Assembly (NCBI GenBank): GCA_003560595.1
Contig: PWKY01000076.1
Coordinates: forward strand, 63-64,062
DNA: 64,000 nucleotides
From: Thermoplasmata archaeon
Lineage (GTDB): Archaea > Thermoplasmatota > Thermoplasmata > Halarchaeoplasmatales > Halarchaeoplasmataceae
Direction: 5' to 3'
Shown: positions 9,905-19,442 of the stretch, piece by piece
Numbering within the stretch: position 1 is the first letter of the stretch
Layout: each line of letters begins with the position of its first letter
Notes under the pieces: generated by a model
Told to the model about the DNA's origin: nothing
Databases searched by the model: none
What the model saw: the letters and a program-made list of their open reading frames with translations, nothing else
Translations under genes and position numbers: made by a program

Positions 9905-10615
9905 GTGATACACATGTTTAGGAATACTATAACCGGATTGGATAGGGTTTTTGTGACCGATATAAAACCTCCAAAGGTCGTATTGATTACCGGGCCTCCA
10001 GGCTCAATGAAGACGAGTTTTTGTTACAGTATGATGACAAGATTTGTCGAAAAATCAGGGGCTTTTGGCCTTTACACCACACTAGAGGAAACCGTGGATA
10101 GCCACTTAGCCAACATGAAAAGTCTTGGTATCGATCTGAGTTTGAACATGCAGATCTCAGATATAACCGACCTCAGAGAGATAGATCAGATAGTTGATGA
10201 GGACGAAGAAACGGATTATATAGCCTTCTTGGAGAACATGTTAAGACATTTTAAAAAGGAAAAAGGAGATAGATTCAAAGTCTTTGCTTTGGATTCACTA
10301 GGCGCCCTATATTCTTTGATGGAGCATGAAGAAAACATGCGAAAGAAGATGTTTTACTTCTTCAAACTACTACGGGACTTAGATCTATACAGCTTCGTGG
10401 TCATGGAAAGAAGTATAGGCGGTGAAGCTAATCTACTAGGTAACGAAGGCTTCCTTGTTGACGGAGTGATAATGCTTGGTATAGACCGTAACAGAGGAAA
10501 ACTCACACGTTACCTCCAGATCGAAAAAATGCGGGCTTGTAAACATAGTATGGAAAAACACTCTTTGGAAATCGGGTCAGAGGGTATGAAGATACTCGGA
10601 CCGATATTTGAATAA
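9905..10615 (+). CDS. KaiC/RAD55-like single-domain RecA-superfamily ATPase
   Basis: TITGLD, GPPGSMKT (variant Walker A), TLEE, FALDSL, FLVDGVI, IEKMR. Start may be ATG 9914. Confidence 0.88.
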   Translation: MIHMFRNTITGLDRVFVTDIKPPKVVLITGPPGSMKTSFCYSMMTRFVEKSGAFGLYTTLEETVDSHLANMKSLGIDLSLNMQISDITDLREIDQIVDEDEETDYIAFLENMLRHFKKEKGDRFKVFALDSLGALYSLMEHEENMRKKMFYFFKLLRDLDLYSFVVMERSIGGEANLLGNEGFLVDGVIMLGIDRNRGKLTRYLQIEKMRACKHSMEKHSLEIGSEGMKILGPIFE

Positions 10616-10715
10616 ATTTCAAAAGAAAAAAATGCGGGCATATTAGTAAGGTATATAAATTAGAACTACTATGCCCTTATAATTCGTTACAGAATACCCA
10701 CACGGGGGAATAAAA

Positions 10716-11930
10716 TTGCCAGATGAAGATGAGTTTCTTACAGAGATGGAAGGATACGTTAGCAAGATGAAACAGCAGAAAAGCGTCCTTAAAGAAAAGG
10801 AGGCTAAGATAGATCAAAAAGAGGAAGAACTGCTGGAGAAAGAGAAAGAACTTAACTTGGAGAAGCAAACCGTTGCTCAAAAAGGTGAAGAACTTGAGGA
10901 ACTAAAGAAAAATATCGAGGAAAAAAACTCGGCAATTGAAGAATCACGCTCAAAGCTCGACCAAGAAAGAACTGAGATCAAATCGGTGAGAGATTCGCTC
11001 TTGAGTAAAATACAAGATGTAGAAAGTCTCAAAGAAAATGTCTTATCTCGAAAACAAAAATTGGTCGAAAGAGAAGAGGCCATGGTTCAACGTGAAGAAG
11101 ATCTAGATGAGAGAGAGAATTTGATAGTTTCTAAAGAAGAAGATGTTCTCAACAAACGTTCACAGCTTTTAGATACACTATCTGATTTAAAAACCTCTTT
11201 AGATGATTCATTGAATAAAAGTAAAGACATAATCACGAAGGAAAGACAACTCCTAGATCAAGACAAGAAATTATCTGACACTAGAAGCCGCTTATTGGAT
11301 GCACATAAAAAGATGTTAGAACGTCAAAAAGAAGCCCTTTCTGAGGAGATGGAGATCGAGATGGATGTTCCAGATTTACCAGAGAGAGAAGACGTTACCA
11401 CTGAAGAGATAGGTGAAATCCCGAAAACAGAAGTAGAACCTATGTCGGAGGAGGAAGAGGAACCTGAGGAAGAGCCCGAACCGGAAGAAGAACCCGAGGA
11501 AGAGCCGGAAGAGGAAGAAGAACCCGAGGAAGAGGAACCGGAAGAAGAACCTGAACCTGAAGAGGAGCCGGAAGAAGATGGACAGGTCGAATGTCCAAGC
11601 TGCGGAACCGAACTCAGCGCAGATGCGGAGATTTGCTACGCATGTGGAACTGAATTGGGTGAAGAGGAAGAAGAACCCGAGGAAGAGCCGGCAGAGGAAG
11701 AAGATGGACAGGTCGAATGTCCAAGCTGCGGAACCGAACTCAGTGCTGATGCAGAGATATGCTACGCATGTGGAACTGAATTGGGTGGAGAGGAAGAAGG
11801 TGATGAAGGAGGAGAATTGAACTGTTCAGTATGTGGAACGGAACTAAGCCCCGATGCAGAGATGTGTTACGCATGTGGTTCCGAAGTAGGAGAGGAAGAA
11901 AAATCAACGAGCAAAAAGAAGATCGTCTAA
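10716..11930 (+). CDS. Coiled-coil protein with Glu/Pro-rich linker and three C-terminal double-zinc-ribbon repeats
   Basis: ~200 aa K/E-rich heptad region, EEEPE runs, three CxxCG-x8-CYACG units; TTG start. Confidence 0.85.
   Translation: MPDEDEFLTEMEGYVSKMKQQKSVLKEKEAKIDQKEEELLEKEKELNLEKQTVAQKGEELEELKKNIEEKNSAIEESRSKLDQERTEIKSVRDSLLSKIQDVESLKENVLSRKQKLVEREEAMVQREEDLDERENLIVSKEEDVLNKRSQLLDTLSDLKTSLDDSLNKSKDIITKERQLLDQDKKLSDTRSRLLDAHKKMLERQKEALSEEMEIEMDVPDLPEREDVTTEEIGEIPKTEVEPMSEEEEEPEEEPEPEEEPEEEPEEEEEPEEEEPEEEPEPEEEPEEDGQVECPSCGTELSADAEICYACGTELGEEEEEPEEEPAEEEDGQVECPSCGTELSADAEICYACGTELGGEEEGDEGGELNCSVCGTELSPDAEMCYACGSEVGEEEKSTSKKKIV
11571..11800 (+). repeat. Intragenic tandem duplication, 126-bp period (zinc-ribbon unit), with a degenerate third copy downstream
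   Basis: GATGGACAGGTCGAATGTCCAAGCTGCGGAACCGAACTCAG occurs at 11577 and 11703. Confidence 0.9.
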
Positions 11931-11985
11931 ACCTCTCAGAAAACCTTTTATCCCCTTTTTTACTTCTTTTATATGTTGATCAAAC

Positions 11986-14133
11986 GTGTTGCCTGAGAAA
12001 ATCATGGTATCTATAGTCACATCCGTATTGGGTATATTTAGCCCAGATGAGTCATCCCTCGATACAGACATGATGATAGAGCGGGCCGAGGAATTGTGTG
12101 ATGAAAAGAGGTATTTAGAAGCTATAGAACTATATAACATATTACTGAAATATAATAATGATGAAGTCGTCGCTAACAACAAAGGGGTGGCTTTTGATTC
12201 TATGGGGATGCACAAAGAAGCCATAGAAGCCTATGAGTTAGCATTACAGATAAATCCCAACTATGTTACCGCCTGGTATAACAAAGCCAATTCATACACG
12301 TATCTCGGGGAAGATGAAACAGCTATAGAATCTTACGATCGGGTGATAGAGCTAGATCCAAGCAATCACCAGGCTTACTTCGACAAAGCATTCGCCTACG
12401 CAGCTCTAGGAAAGGCTAGAGCAGCTAAGAGATGGGCTAAAGAAGGAGTTACAAAGGGTGAAGAGAGTTTAGATAGGCTACTCATTTCTAAAGGGGAAGT
12501 TTATGAGGAGATCGGAGATTATAAGGGTGCTAACAAGATCTATAAAAAAGCCCTTGTGGAAAACCCAAATAACCTAAAAGCGTTAAAAAAGATCGCAGAT
12601 GTGTATATGGACCTTGGACGATACGAAGAGGCTGTAAAAAAATACGATGAATATCTAGATCATATTCCAGATGATGAAGAGGTTTGGAACAACAAGGGTT
12701 ATGGTTTATTTTCACTAGGATATTATCAAAAAAGTATAAATTGTTACAAACGTGCTTTGGGCCTGAATCCATATTACGGATCTGCACATTACAATATGGG
12801 GTATATTTTGCATACGATGGGGGATTATAAAAAAGCTATCGATCACTACAAAGATGCTTCAAAATACAGTACTCAAAACGAAGTCCTTTGGAACAACATC
12901 GGGAATGCACTCTATAATCTAGAAAGATATGAGGAGTCTATACCATATTTCGTTAAATCCATCGAAGTAAATCCTGATTATGAGATCGCGTGGAACAATA
13001 TCGGGAATGCAAAAAACAAGCTGGGAAAGCATGAAGAGTCCATAGAATATCACGAAAAAGCATTAGAAATCAAACCGGATTTCGACTATGCACTTCTCGC
13101 TTTAGGTTATTCACTAGCTAAGACCGGAAAAAAAGAAAAGGGTTTGGAAAAAATTTAGCTATCCTTAGATCTCAATCCTGATTACGAAAAAGCATGGTAT
13201 TATAGAGCCGAGATACTTCAGATGATGGGGAGATACGAAGATGCTTTGGAATCTCTAGATATGGCTTTAGATAAAGATGCTTTACTTGCAGACGCTTATA
13301 AATTGAGAGGAGAGATACTGGAGTCGGTGAAGAATTACGATGAAGCGATGGATGCCTTCAATAAAGCCTTGAAAACCTACGATAAGTTGTTCACATCGTA
13401 CAACGATCTTTCAGCACTTGTTGACAAAGGCAAACTATACGAAGAACTTGGTAGGTTCCAAGATGCGATGAAAACGTATGATACTGCCTTGGATATCGAT
13501 GATTCTAAAGGCTACTTATGGAAACAGAAAGCCGAATTACATATAGATATGGAGGAGTACCGAGAAGCGTTGGTGGCAGCAGATAAGGGGCTACAGCTAG
13601 AAAATTCTTCAGATTTCTTTATCTTAATGGGAAGAGCTTTTGATGGATTAGGTAATAAAGAAAAAGCAAGGAATTTTTTCCAAAAGGCATCAGAGGAAGA
13701 TGGGGCTGATGCTAGGGTAACGTTTGCGGGATATCTATCCGAACTAGAAGAATATGAAGAAGCTTTAGAAGTACTGGAAGATGAAGACTTGAACGAAAAA
13801 TTAACTAGAGCTAACATACTTTCTGATATGGGGGAATTTCAAGAAGCTGCACCTCTTTTTAAAGAAGTTATCCATCGAGAAGAAAATAGTTTAGATGCAT
13901 GGTTTGGACTGGGTAAAGCACTTTTCGAAACCGGAGATATGAAGGGGGCATCAAAGGCATACGATACATGCATAGGTTTATCGGAAGATTTTGGGCCGGC
14001 ATGGTACGATAAAGCTTTGATCTTCAAGGCAAAGGGAGATACGAAACAAGCTTTAGAGTACGCTAATATAGCCACAGATCTAGGAGTCACTGAAGCAGTA
14101 ACATTGGCGGAAGAACTGGGCAAAAAGGTTTAG
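11986..14133 (+). CDS. TPR-repeat protein interrupted by one in-frame TAG at 13156-13158 (nonsense allele, sequencing error or readthrough)
   Basis: Both ORF halves are in the same frame, and the gap translates as a continuous TPR: GLEKI*LSLDLNPDYEKAWYYRAEILQMMGRYEDA. Confidence 0.85.
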
Positions 14134-14156
14134 TGTTAGTTTCTTTTACCGGATAT

Positions 14157-14969
14157 ATGATACGATTAGGACCAGGGGGAACTCCACACGGTGTTAAGGG
14201 TACTAAAAACAGCATGGCGCATCTTGAAAAGATCGGTTTAAATGCTATGGAAGTTCAGTTCGTGCGAGGAGTACGGATGAAGGATTCAACCGCCATCGCC
14301 ATCGGAAAGGAGGCTGAAAAGCATGGGATCCATCTGAGTGTACATGCACCTTACTACATCAATCTTAATTCAGAAGATGAAGATACTATCGAAAAAAGTA
14401 AAGAACGCATCCTAAACAGTGCTAGAAAGGCTCATCTGATGGGTGCTGAAGTGATAGTTGTTCATGCTGGTTACTACGGTGATCTAAATAGTAAAGAAAC
14501 TACTGCAAATATCGGAGAGGGTGTAGTTGAGTGCGGTGAAATCATCACGGATGAAGGATTGGAAGTCAAGATCGGTCTTGAGCAGATGGGGCGTGTAAAA
14601 AGTTGGGGAACGTTGGATGAGATTGAAAAAGTCATAAAGAAAACAGATGTCGCCGTACCTGTGATCGATTTTGCCCATTATCATGCTAGATATGGGGGTA
14701 CTTTGAAAACTAAGGACGATTTTGAATACCTGCTGAAAAAATATGAGGGGATACAAAAAGGATCACTTCACAGCCATTATTCATCCATCGAATATAACGA
14801 AACCGGAGAACGAAAGCATTTAAATCTAGAGGATCAGGAACCTGATTTCAAACTACTAGCCCCGATATTACTGGAAAGGGATTACGATATAACTATAATC
14901 TGTGAAACACCAGAACTAGATCGAGATAGTTTGAGGATGAAAAATATATTGAAGGATCATACACCTTGA
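14157..14969 (+). CDS. nfo: Endonuclease IV family (AP endonuclease 2) TIM-barrel protein
   Basis: EVQFVRG, SVHAPYYINLNS, VVHAGYY, GLEQMG, IDFAH, GERKH, ICETP. Confidence 0.92.
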   Translation: MIRLGPGGTPHGVKGTKNSMAHLEKIGLNAMEVQFVRGVRMKDSTAIAIGKEAEKHGIHLSVHAPYYINLNSEDEDTIEKSKERILNSARKAHLMGAEVIVVHAGYYGDLNSKETTANIGEGVVECGEIITDEGLEVKIGLEQMGRVKSWGTLDEIEKVIKKTDVAVPVIDFAHYHARYGGTLKTKDDFEYLLKKYEGIQKGSLHSHYSSIEYNETGERKHLNLEDQEPDFKLLAPILLERDYDITIICETPELDRDSLRMKNILKDHTP

Positions 14970-17368
14970 ATTCTAGATACACCGTCTTCCTTTTTTACCG
15001 TGTACTCAACTTCTGCAAGGTTAGCGATCTCGTTCTCATGTGAAACGATTATTATTTGATCTGCATTGGTCTTTTCAAGCACATCTTTTAAACGAGTTAA
15101 CTGCTCCCGACTGAATCCGGTAGTAGGTTCATCAAGGACGAGAAGATTGCTCTCCAATCCCAACTGTTCCTTGATCATGGTGTTAAAAGCCAAACGGTAT
15201 GCTAGTGCCACGGATGTTCTTTCTCCACCGCTCAGATCATCCACACGGGTAACGTTCTTTGAGGTCGTGATCACAGGGGCGAATTTATCGTCTAATCTAG
15301 CGTATTTTTCATGATCATCAAGTATCTCGTTGAACCAGTTTCTAAAGTAGTTTTCAAATTGTTTATTTATCTGGATCATGCGGTGCTCTTCCATAGTCCT
15401 GATGGATTCCTTGAAAGGACCTTCTAACCATGATTTTACTATCCTGTATTCCCTAGCCTTGCGACGGAAGTCCTTCATCTTCTTAATTTTCTCCTTGATA
15501 CTAACGATGTCTTGTTCCATATTTTTTAGTATTTTGTTTATGTTTTCAATGCGTTCTTTGAGTTGGCTTTGAACAGCTATAGCACGTTGATGTTGTGATC
15601 GGCACTCCTTGAATTCATGTTCAGAGAATTCATCACCCAGTTCCTCTAGGCGGCCCTTTATATCTATGATATCATCCTTTGTTTTGTCAATATCTGCACG
15701 TTTAGTTTCAATTTTATTTTCTAAATCATGGCGTTTTTTCAGCTTTTCAAGTAATGCGATGTATTCATCTCTATACTCGCTGAGTTCATCGACATTTGAT
15801 TCAATTTCATCAAGATCTTTAGAACTCCATTCGAATGATTCTAGCTCTTCTTTTAACTGACGTATCTCATAGTCATGTTTTGCTATTTTTTCTTTTAAAG
15901 TGGAAATTTCATCCTGGATCCCATCCAATATTTCGAGTTCTTTTTCCTGAGTATAGAGTTCTCTCTCAGTCTTGGATAGTTCTTCTACACGTTGGCGAAT
16001 TTCAGACGATTTCTTCTTTATATCGTCCTTCTTCTCTTTCAATTCATCCTCTTCCTTCTTTATATCTTGGAGCTTATCATCGATCTCGCCTAGGATTAAA
16101 GAAACATGTTCTTGAGATATCGGTTGTTTACACTTCGGGCATTCAGCCTCCTCCTCTAAATCCCCGATTTCCCTTTTTTCCTGTAACAGAGAATCTTTCT
16201 CGTTATGCAACGACCTTAGGTCTCCATTGATCTCAGAGATCTTATCCATCAAAGCCCTTTTTTTAGATTTTAACTCTTTCAATTTTTTCCGCAGATCTTT
16301 TTTATCATGGATAGACCTTTCTAATTCCTCTTTCTTTTCCAGCTTTCCACGAACCTTATCTAGTTCTTTTCTCTCCACCTCTATACGTGTAGACAGAGCT
16401 TGATGTTTTCTCTCAAGAGACTCCCTCTGCCTCACCGATAGTTTCACATCTTCAAGTTTTGATTTTAACTCATCATACTCTTCTTTCTTTTTCTTAAGTT
16501 CACCTAATCGAGATTCTTCTTTGATCAGTCTCTGCAGCTCTTTTTCCTTTTCCATCAACTCTTTTTCTAACCGTTCCAATCGGGCTTTAAGATTACTTTT
16601 TTTATTTAACAAAGATGTTCGTTCTTCGTTTAATTTGGTAAGCTCTTTCAATTTACTATCTAAAGTAGCGAGTTTTTTATTTATATTTGTCAACCGCTGT
16701 TGTGAATCTTTCGATTCCTCCTTTTTTTCTTCTCTCCTTACTTTCAACTCACTGAGTTCGTCTTTGAAATCGTCGAGTAATTCAGCCCGAGTCTCCATCT
16801 TGGTTATCTCGTTCTTCAACTCTCTGTTTAGTATAGATATATTGTCAACGGCACGTTTATAGTCTTCTAGATTGAAAACACGTCTTATGGATGTCAAACG
16901 ACGATCATCGTTTATAGATAAAATTTCGTTCATCCTTTCCTGGGGAATATAAATGCCCATATGGAACGTTTCTACTTTATAACCGGTACCCTCTCTCAGC
17001 TTGAGAAGAGAATCTATCTTATCTCTCATCTCTCTCCAAGATAGTTCCATCCTTGTATCATCCACATCTATATAACATTCGTGAGGTTGTATACCATTGG
17101 AGGCACGTTTTATGCTTCGGTAAGCGGTGTAATCAACATCGTCCACCTGAAAATCTAGCTTTACCCATGCAGAATCCTTACCATGACGCAGGAGCTTATC
17201 ATAAAAATGCTGTTGAGTACCCCCAAATAAAACGAATTCCAAAGCCAAAAGCAATGAGGACTTACCTGAACCTATGTCTCCTTGAAATAAGATGATGCCA
17301 GGGGTGAATTCAACGACCTCGTGCTTGTAACTGCGGATGTTTTCTAACTCCATCTTGTTTAATATCAA
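14957..17368 (-). CDS. rad50: Rad50/SbcC SMC-like ATPase
   Basis: LENIRSY, GDIGSGKSS, long coiled coils with CPKC zinc hook, LSGGE, LDEPT, IVSH. Confidence 0.95.
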   Translation of the reverse strand: MILNKMELENIRSYKHEVVEFTPGIILFQGDIGSGKSSLLLALEFVLFGGTQQHFYDKLLRHGKDSAWVKLDFQVDDVDYTAYRSIKRASNGIQPHECYIDVDDTRMELSWREMRDKIDSLLKLREGTGYKVETFHMGIYIPQERMNEILSINDDRRLTSIRRVFNLEDYKRAVDNISILNRELKNEITKMETRAELLDDFKDELSELKVRREEKKEESKDSQQRLTNINKKLATLDSKLKELTKLNEERTSLLNKKSNLKARLERLEKELMEKEKELQRLIKEESRLGELKKKKEEYDELKSKLEDVKLSVRQRESLERKHQALSTRIEVERKELDKVRGKLEKKEELERSIHDKKDLRKKLKELKSKKRALMDKISEINGDLRSLHNEKDSLLQEKREIGDLEEEAECPKCKQPISQEHVSLILGEIDDKLQDIKKEEDELKEKKDDIKKKSSEIRQRVEELSKTERELYTQEKELEILDGIQDEISTLKEKIAKHDYEIRQLKEELESFEWSSKDLDEIESNVDELSEYRDEYIALLEKLKKRHDLENKIETKRADIDKTKDDIIDIKGRLEELGDEFSEHEFKECRSQHQRAIAVQSQLKERIENINKILKNMEQDIVSIKEKIKKMKDFRRKAREYRIVKSWLEGPFKESIRTMEEHRMIQINKQFENYFRNWFNEILDDHEKYARLDDKFAPVITTSKNVTRVDDLSGGERTSVALAYRLAFNTMIKEQLGLESNLLVLDEPTTGFSREQLTRLKDVLEKTNADQIIIVSHENEIANLAEVEYTVKKEDGVSRIQGV

Positions 17369-18633
17369 TTTACATCACCCGCGTAGTCTCCCAGTGTGAT
17401 CTGCTGTTGTCTTTTTCTATCTTTTTTCTTCTCTCCAGTCTTTTGGATCTGAGGTTCTTTCAATCCTTCTATCAATGCATATGATTGAGCCCATATCCTA
17501 TTTTCGTAATCAGTGGTCGTTTCTCCTTCTTTTTTATCACTCTTAAGGACTCTGAGTAGGTCCGCAGCAAAATCGTTTGAAATACCTTCTGGAGTACCGT
17601 ATTCTTCTATCACTTGTTTTTCTACCTCGTCCTCTCTCTCTTCGTTGATCTTGACTTTATCGTTAGTCACTCTCTCCAGTGAATTTTTGTTAAAGAATAC
17701 TGTAGCATCATCACCTCTTTCAAACAAACGTATTATCCTTGAAAAATCTATGTCTTCAGGTGATCCTTCAATAAGCTTGCCGTGTACCTTCAAAAGTATG
17801 ATGTCACCTTCTTGGTTATTATCACCTTTCTCTATCAAGATATCCTCTAGCTCTGAAGATGTATGTCCTTCAGCGTTTATCTTTACCCTGGTTATTTCAC
17901 ATACCTCCAAAGGTACATACTCCGGCTTCCAATCATCTACTATGTAAAAACCTCTTTTTGATTCCCTCTCTAGATCGGTATATGAAGAACCGAAGGTTGC
18001 ACCGGGATAAACCACGTGACTGCCATCTTTTTTATCCGTCAAGGGACGATGGATATGCCCTCCTGCGTAGTAATCATAACCCCCTGGTAAAAACGATATG
18101 GGTAGAAGGTTTTTCTCAGGTATATCTGTGGGCTGCATCTCTGCTATCGGTGAATGGAAAACAAATATTCCCTTTCCCTCAGGAACGTCTATATCGAGTT
18201 GATCATAGTATCCCTTCTCCAATCTGTTTTTTCTTCCACTCAATCCAGTTATACTTACACCGGTAGGATCTTGAACAGTTGTCAGACGATTGTCTGATTC
18301 TAAATAGTTGACCACGTTCTTGAATAGCTCGGCGCTCTCTAGTACATCGATCAATGAGGCACTAGCAAGATTGTAGTCGTGAGAACCATAGACTGAGTAA
18401 ATGTTTATACCATGATTTTTTACTTTCATCAATAATTTAACTGCCCGATTAACTATGTCCATATCCGGGAGTGGATTGTGAAAAAGATCTCCTGCGATTA
18501 TGATAAAATCTACACCCCGGCTTATACAGATATCTAAAGCCTTTTCAAATGCCTTTATATTATATTCTCTCAACGTTGGCTTTCGACCAAATGCGCCAAG
18601 ATGACAATCGGCTAGATGAGCAAATCTCACCAT
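17365..18633 (-). CDS. mre11: Mre11/SbcD nuclease
   Basis: HLADCHLG, AGDLFH, YGSHD, AGGHIH, YPG; 4-nt overlap with rad50. Confidence 0.95.
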   Translation of the reverse strand: MVRFAHLADCHLGAFGRKPTLREYNIKAFEKALDICISRGVDFIIIAGDLFHNPLPDMDIVNRAVKLLMKVKNHGINIYSVYGSHDYNLASASLIDVLESAELFKNVVNYLESDNRLTTVQDPTGVSITGLSGRKNRLEKGYYDQLDIDVPEGKGIFVFHSPIAEMQPTDIPEKNLLPISFLPGGYDYYAGGHIHRPLTDKKDGSHVVYPGATFGSSYTDLERESKRGFYIVDDWKPEYVPLEVCEITRVKINAEGHTSSELEDILIEKGDNNQEGDIILLKVHGKLIEGSPEDIDFSRIIRLFERGDDATVFFNKNSLERVTNDKVKINEEREDEVEKQVIEEYGTPEGISNDFAADLLRVLKSDKKEGETTTDYENRIWAQSYALIEGLKEPQIQKTGEKKKDRKRQQQITLGDYAGDVN

Positions 18634-18766
18634 ACGTACATCCGATTACATTAACTAATAAAAGACTTTATGGGGGACTATACTAAAAGTGGTAAAGGGT
18701 AGAAAGCAAAATAGTAAAATAAATAAAGGGAATAGTCGTGACTCAAGGTGGTGTATCAATATATCG

Positions 18767-19423
18767 ATGAAAAGCAAGCCTGTAGCAGAAAAAGAATTTG
18801 TTGTGATATTTGACCTAGACGGTACGCTATTCAGAACTAGAGATGTGGTTTTGCCCGCTGTTAAAAGTGCTTTAAAAGATGCTGGATTGCCAGGAGCGAA
18901 AGACTCAAAGATCATTTCACTTCTAGGAGAAAAAACAGATGAATTCTGCAGACAGTTGGCCTATGGAGCCGACGATGAGCAACTATCAACATTTATAGAA
19001 AGATTAGGACATCATGAGATCCATCATATTCGAAAAAAAGGAACGCTGTTTGAAGGGACTAAAGAGGTACTGGATGAGTTGAAAATAATGGGATATCCCA
19101 TCGCACTCTGCAGCAATGGAAGTGTGGATTATGTGGAATTTGTACTTTACACTATGGATATCATGGATTATTTTGATTTCATATCGTGTGATGAAAAACA
19201 AAAAACCAAAGGAGAGATGATCAAGGATATACAGAATTATCTCGAACTTCAGAAAGGTGTCATGGTCGGAGACTCAAAACATGATATATCAGGTGCTTCT
19301 TCGATAGGTATGCCTAGCGTGGGAGTGAAATACGGTTATGGAGATATAAGTGGTGCGACTTACAAGATCAAACAGATCGATGAGCTATTAGATATAGTCC
19401 AATCGCTAACCAAAGACTCATGA
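18767..19423 (+). CDS. HAD-superfamily hydrolase (phosphoglycolate phosphatase-like)
   Basis: FDLDGTL, CSNG, MVGDSKHDI. Start placed at ATG 18767. Confidence 0.9.
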   Translation: MKSKPVAEKEFVVIFDLDGTLFRTRDVVLPAVKSALKDAGLPGAKDSKIISLLGEKTDEFCRQLAYGADDEQLSTFIERLGHHEIHHIRKKGTLFEGTKEVLDELKIMGYPIALCSNGSVDYVEFVLYTMDIMDYFDFISCDEKQKTKGEMIKDIQNYLELQKGVMVGDSKHDISGASSIGMPSVGVKYGYGDISGATYKIKQIDELLDIVQSLTKDS

Positions 19424-19442
19424 TCTTCAGACATATATAATA

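Noticed and set aside
11440..11900. Repeat array as CRISPR or mobile-element repeats
   Set aside because: The repeats are in frame and encode E/P-rich linker and zinc ribbons; there is no repeat-spacer structure and no cas genes.
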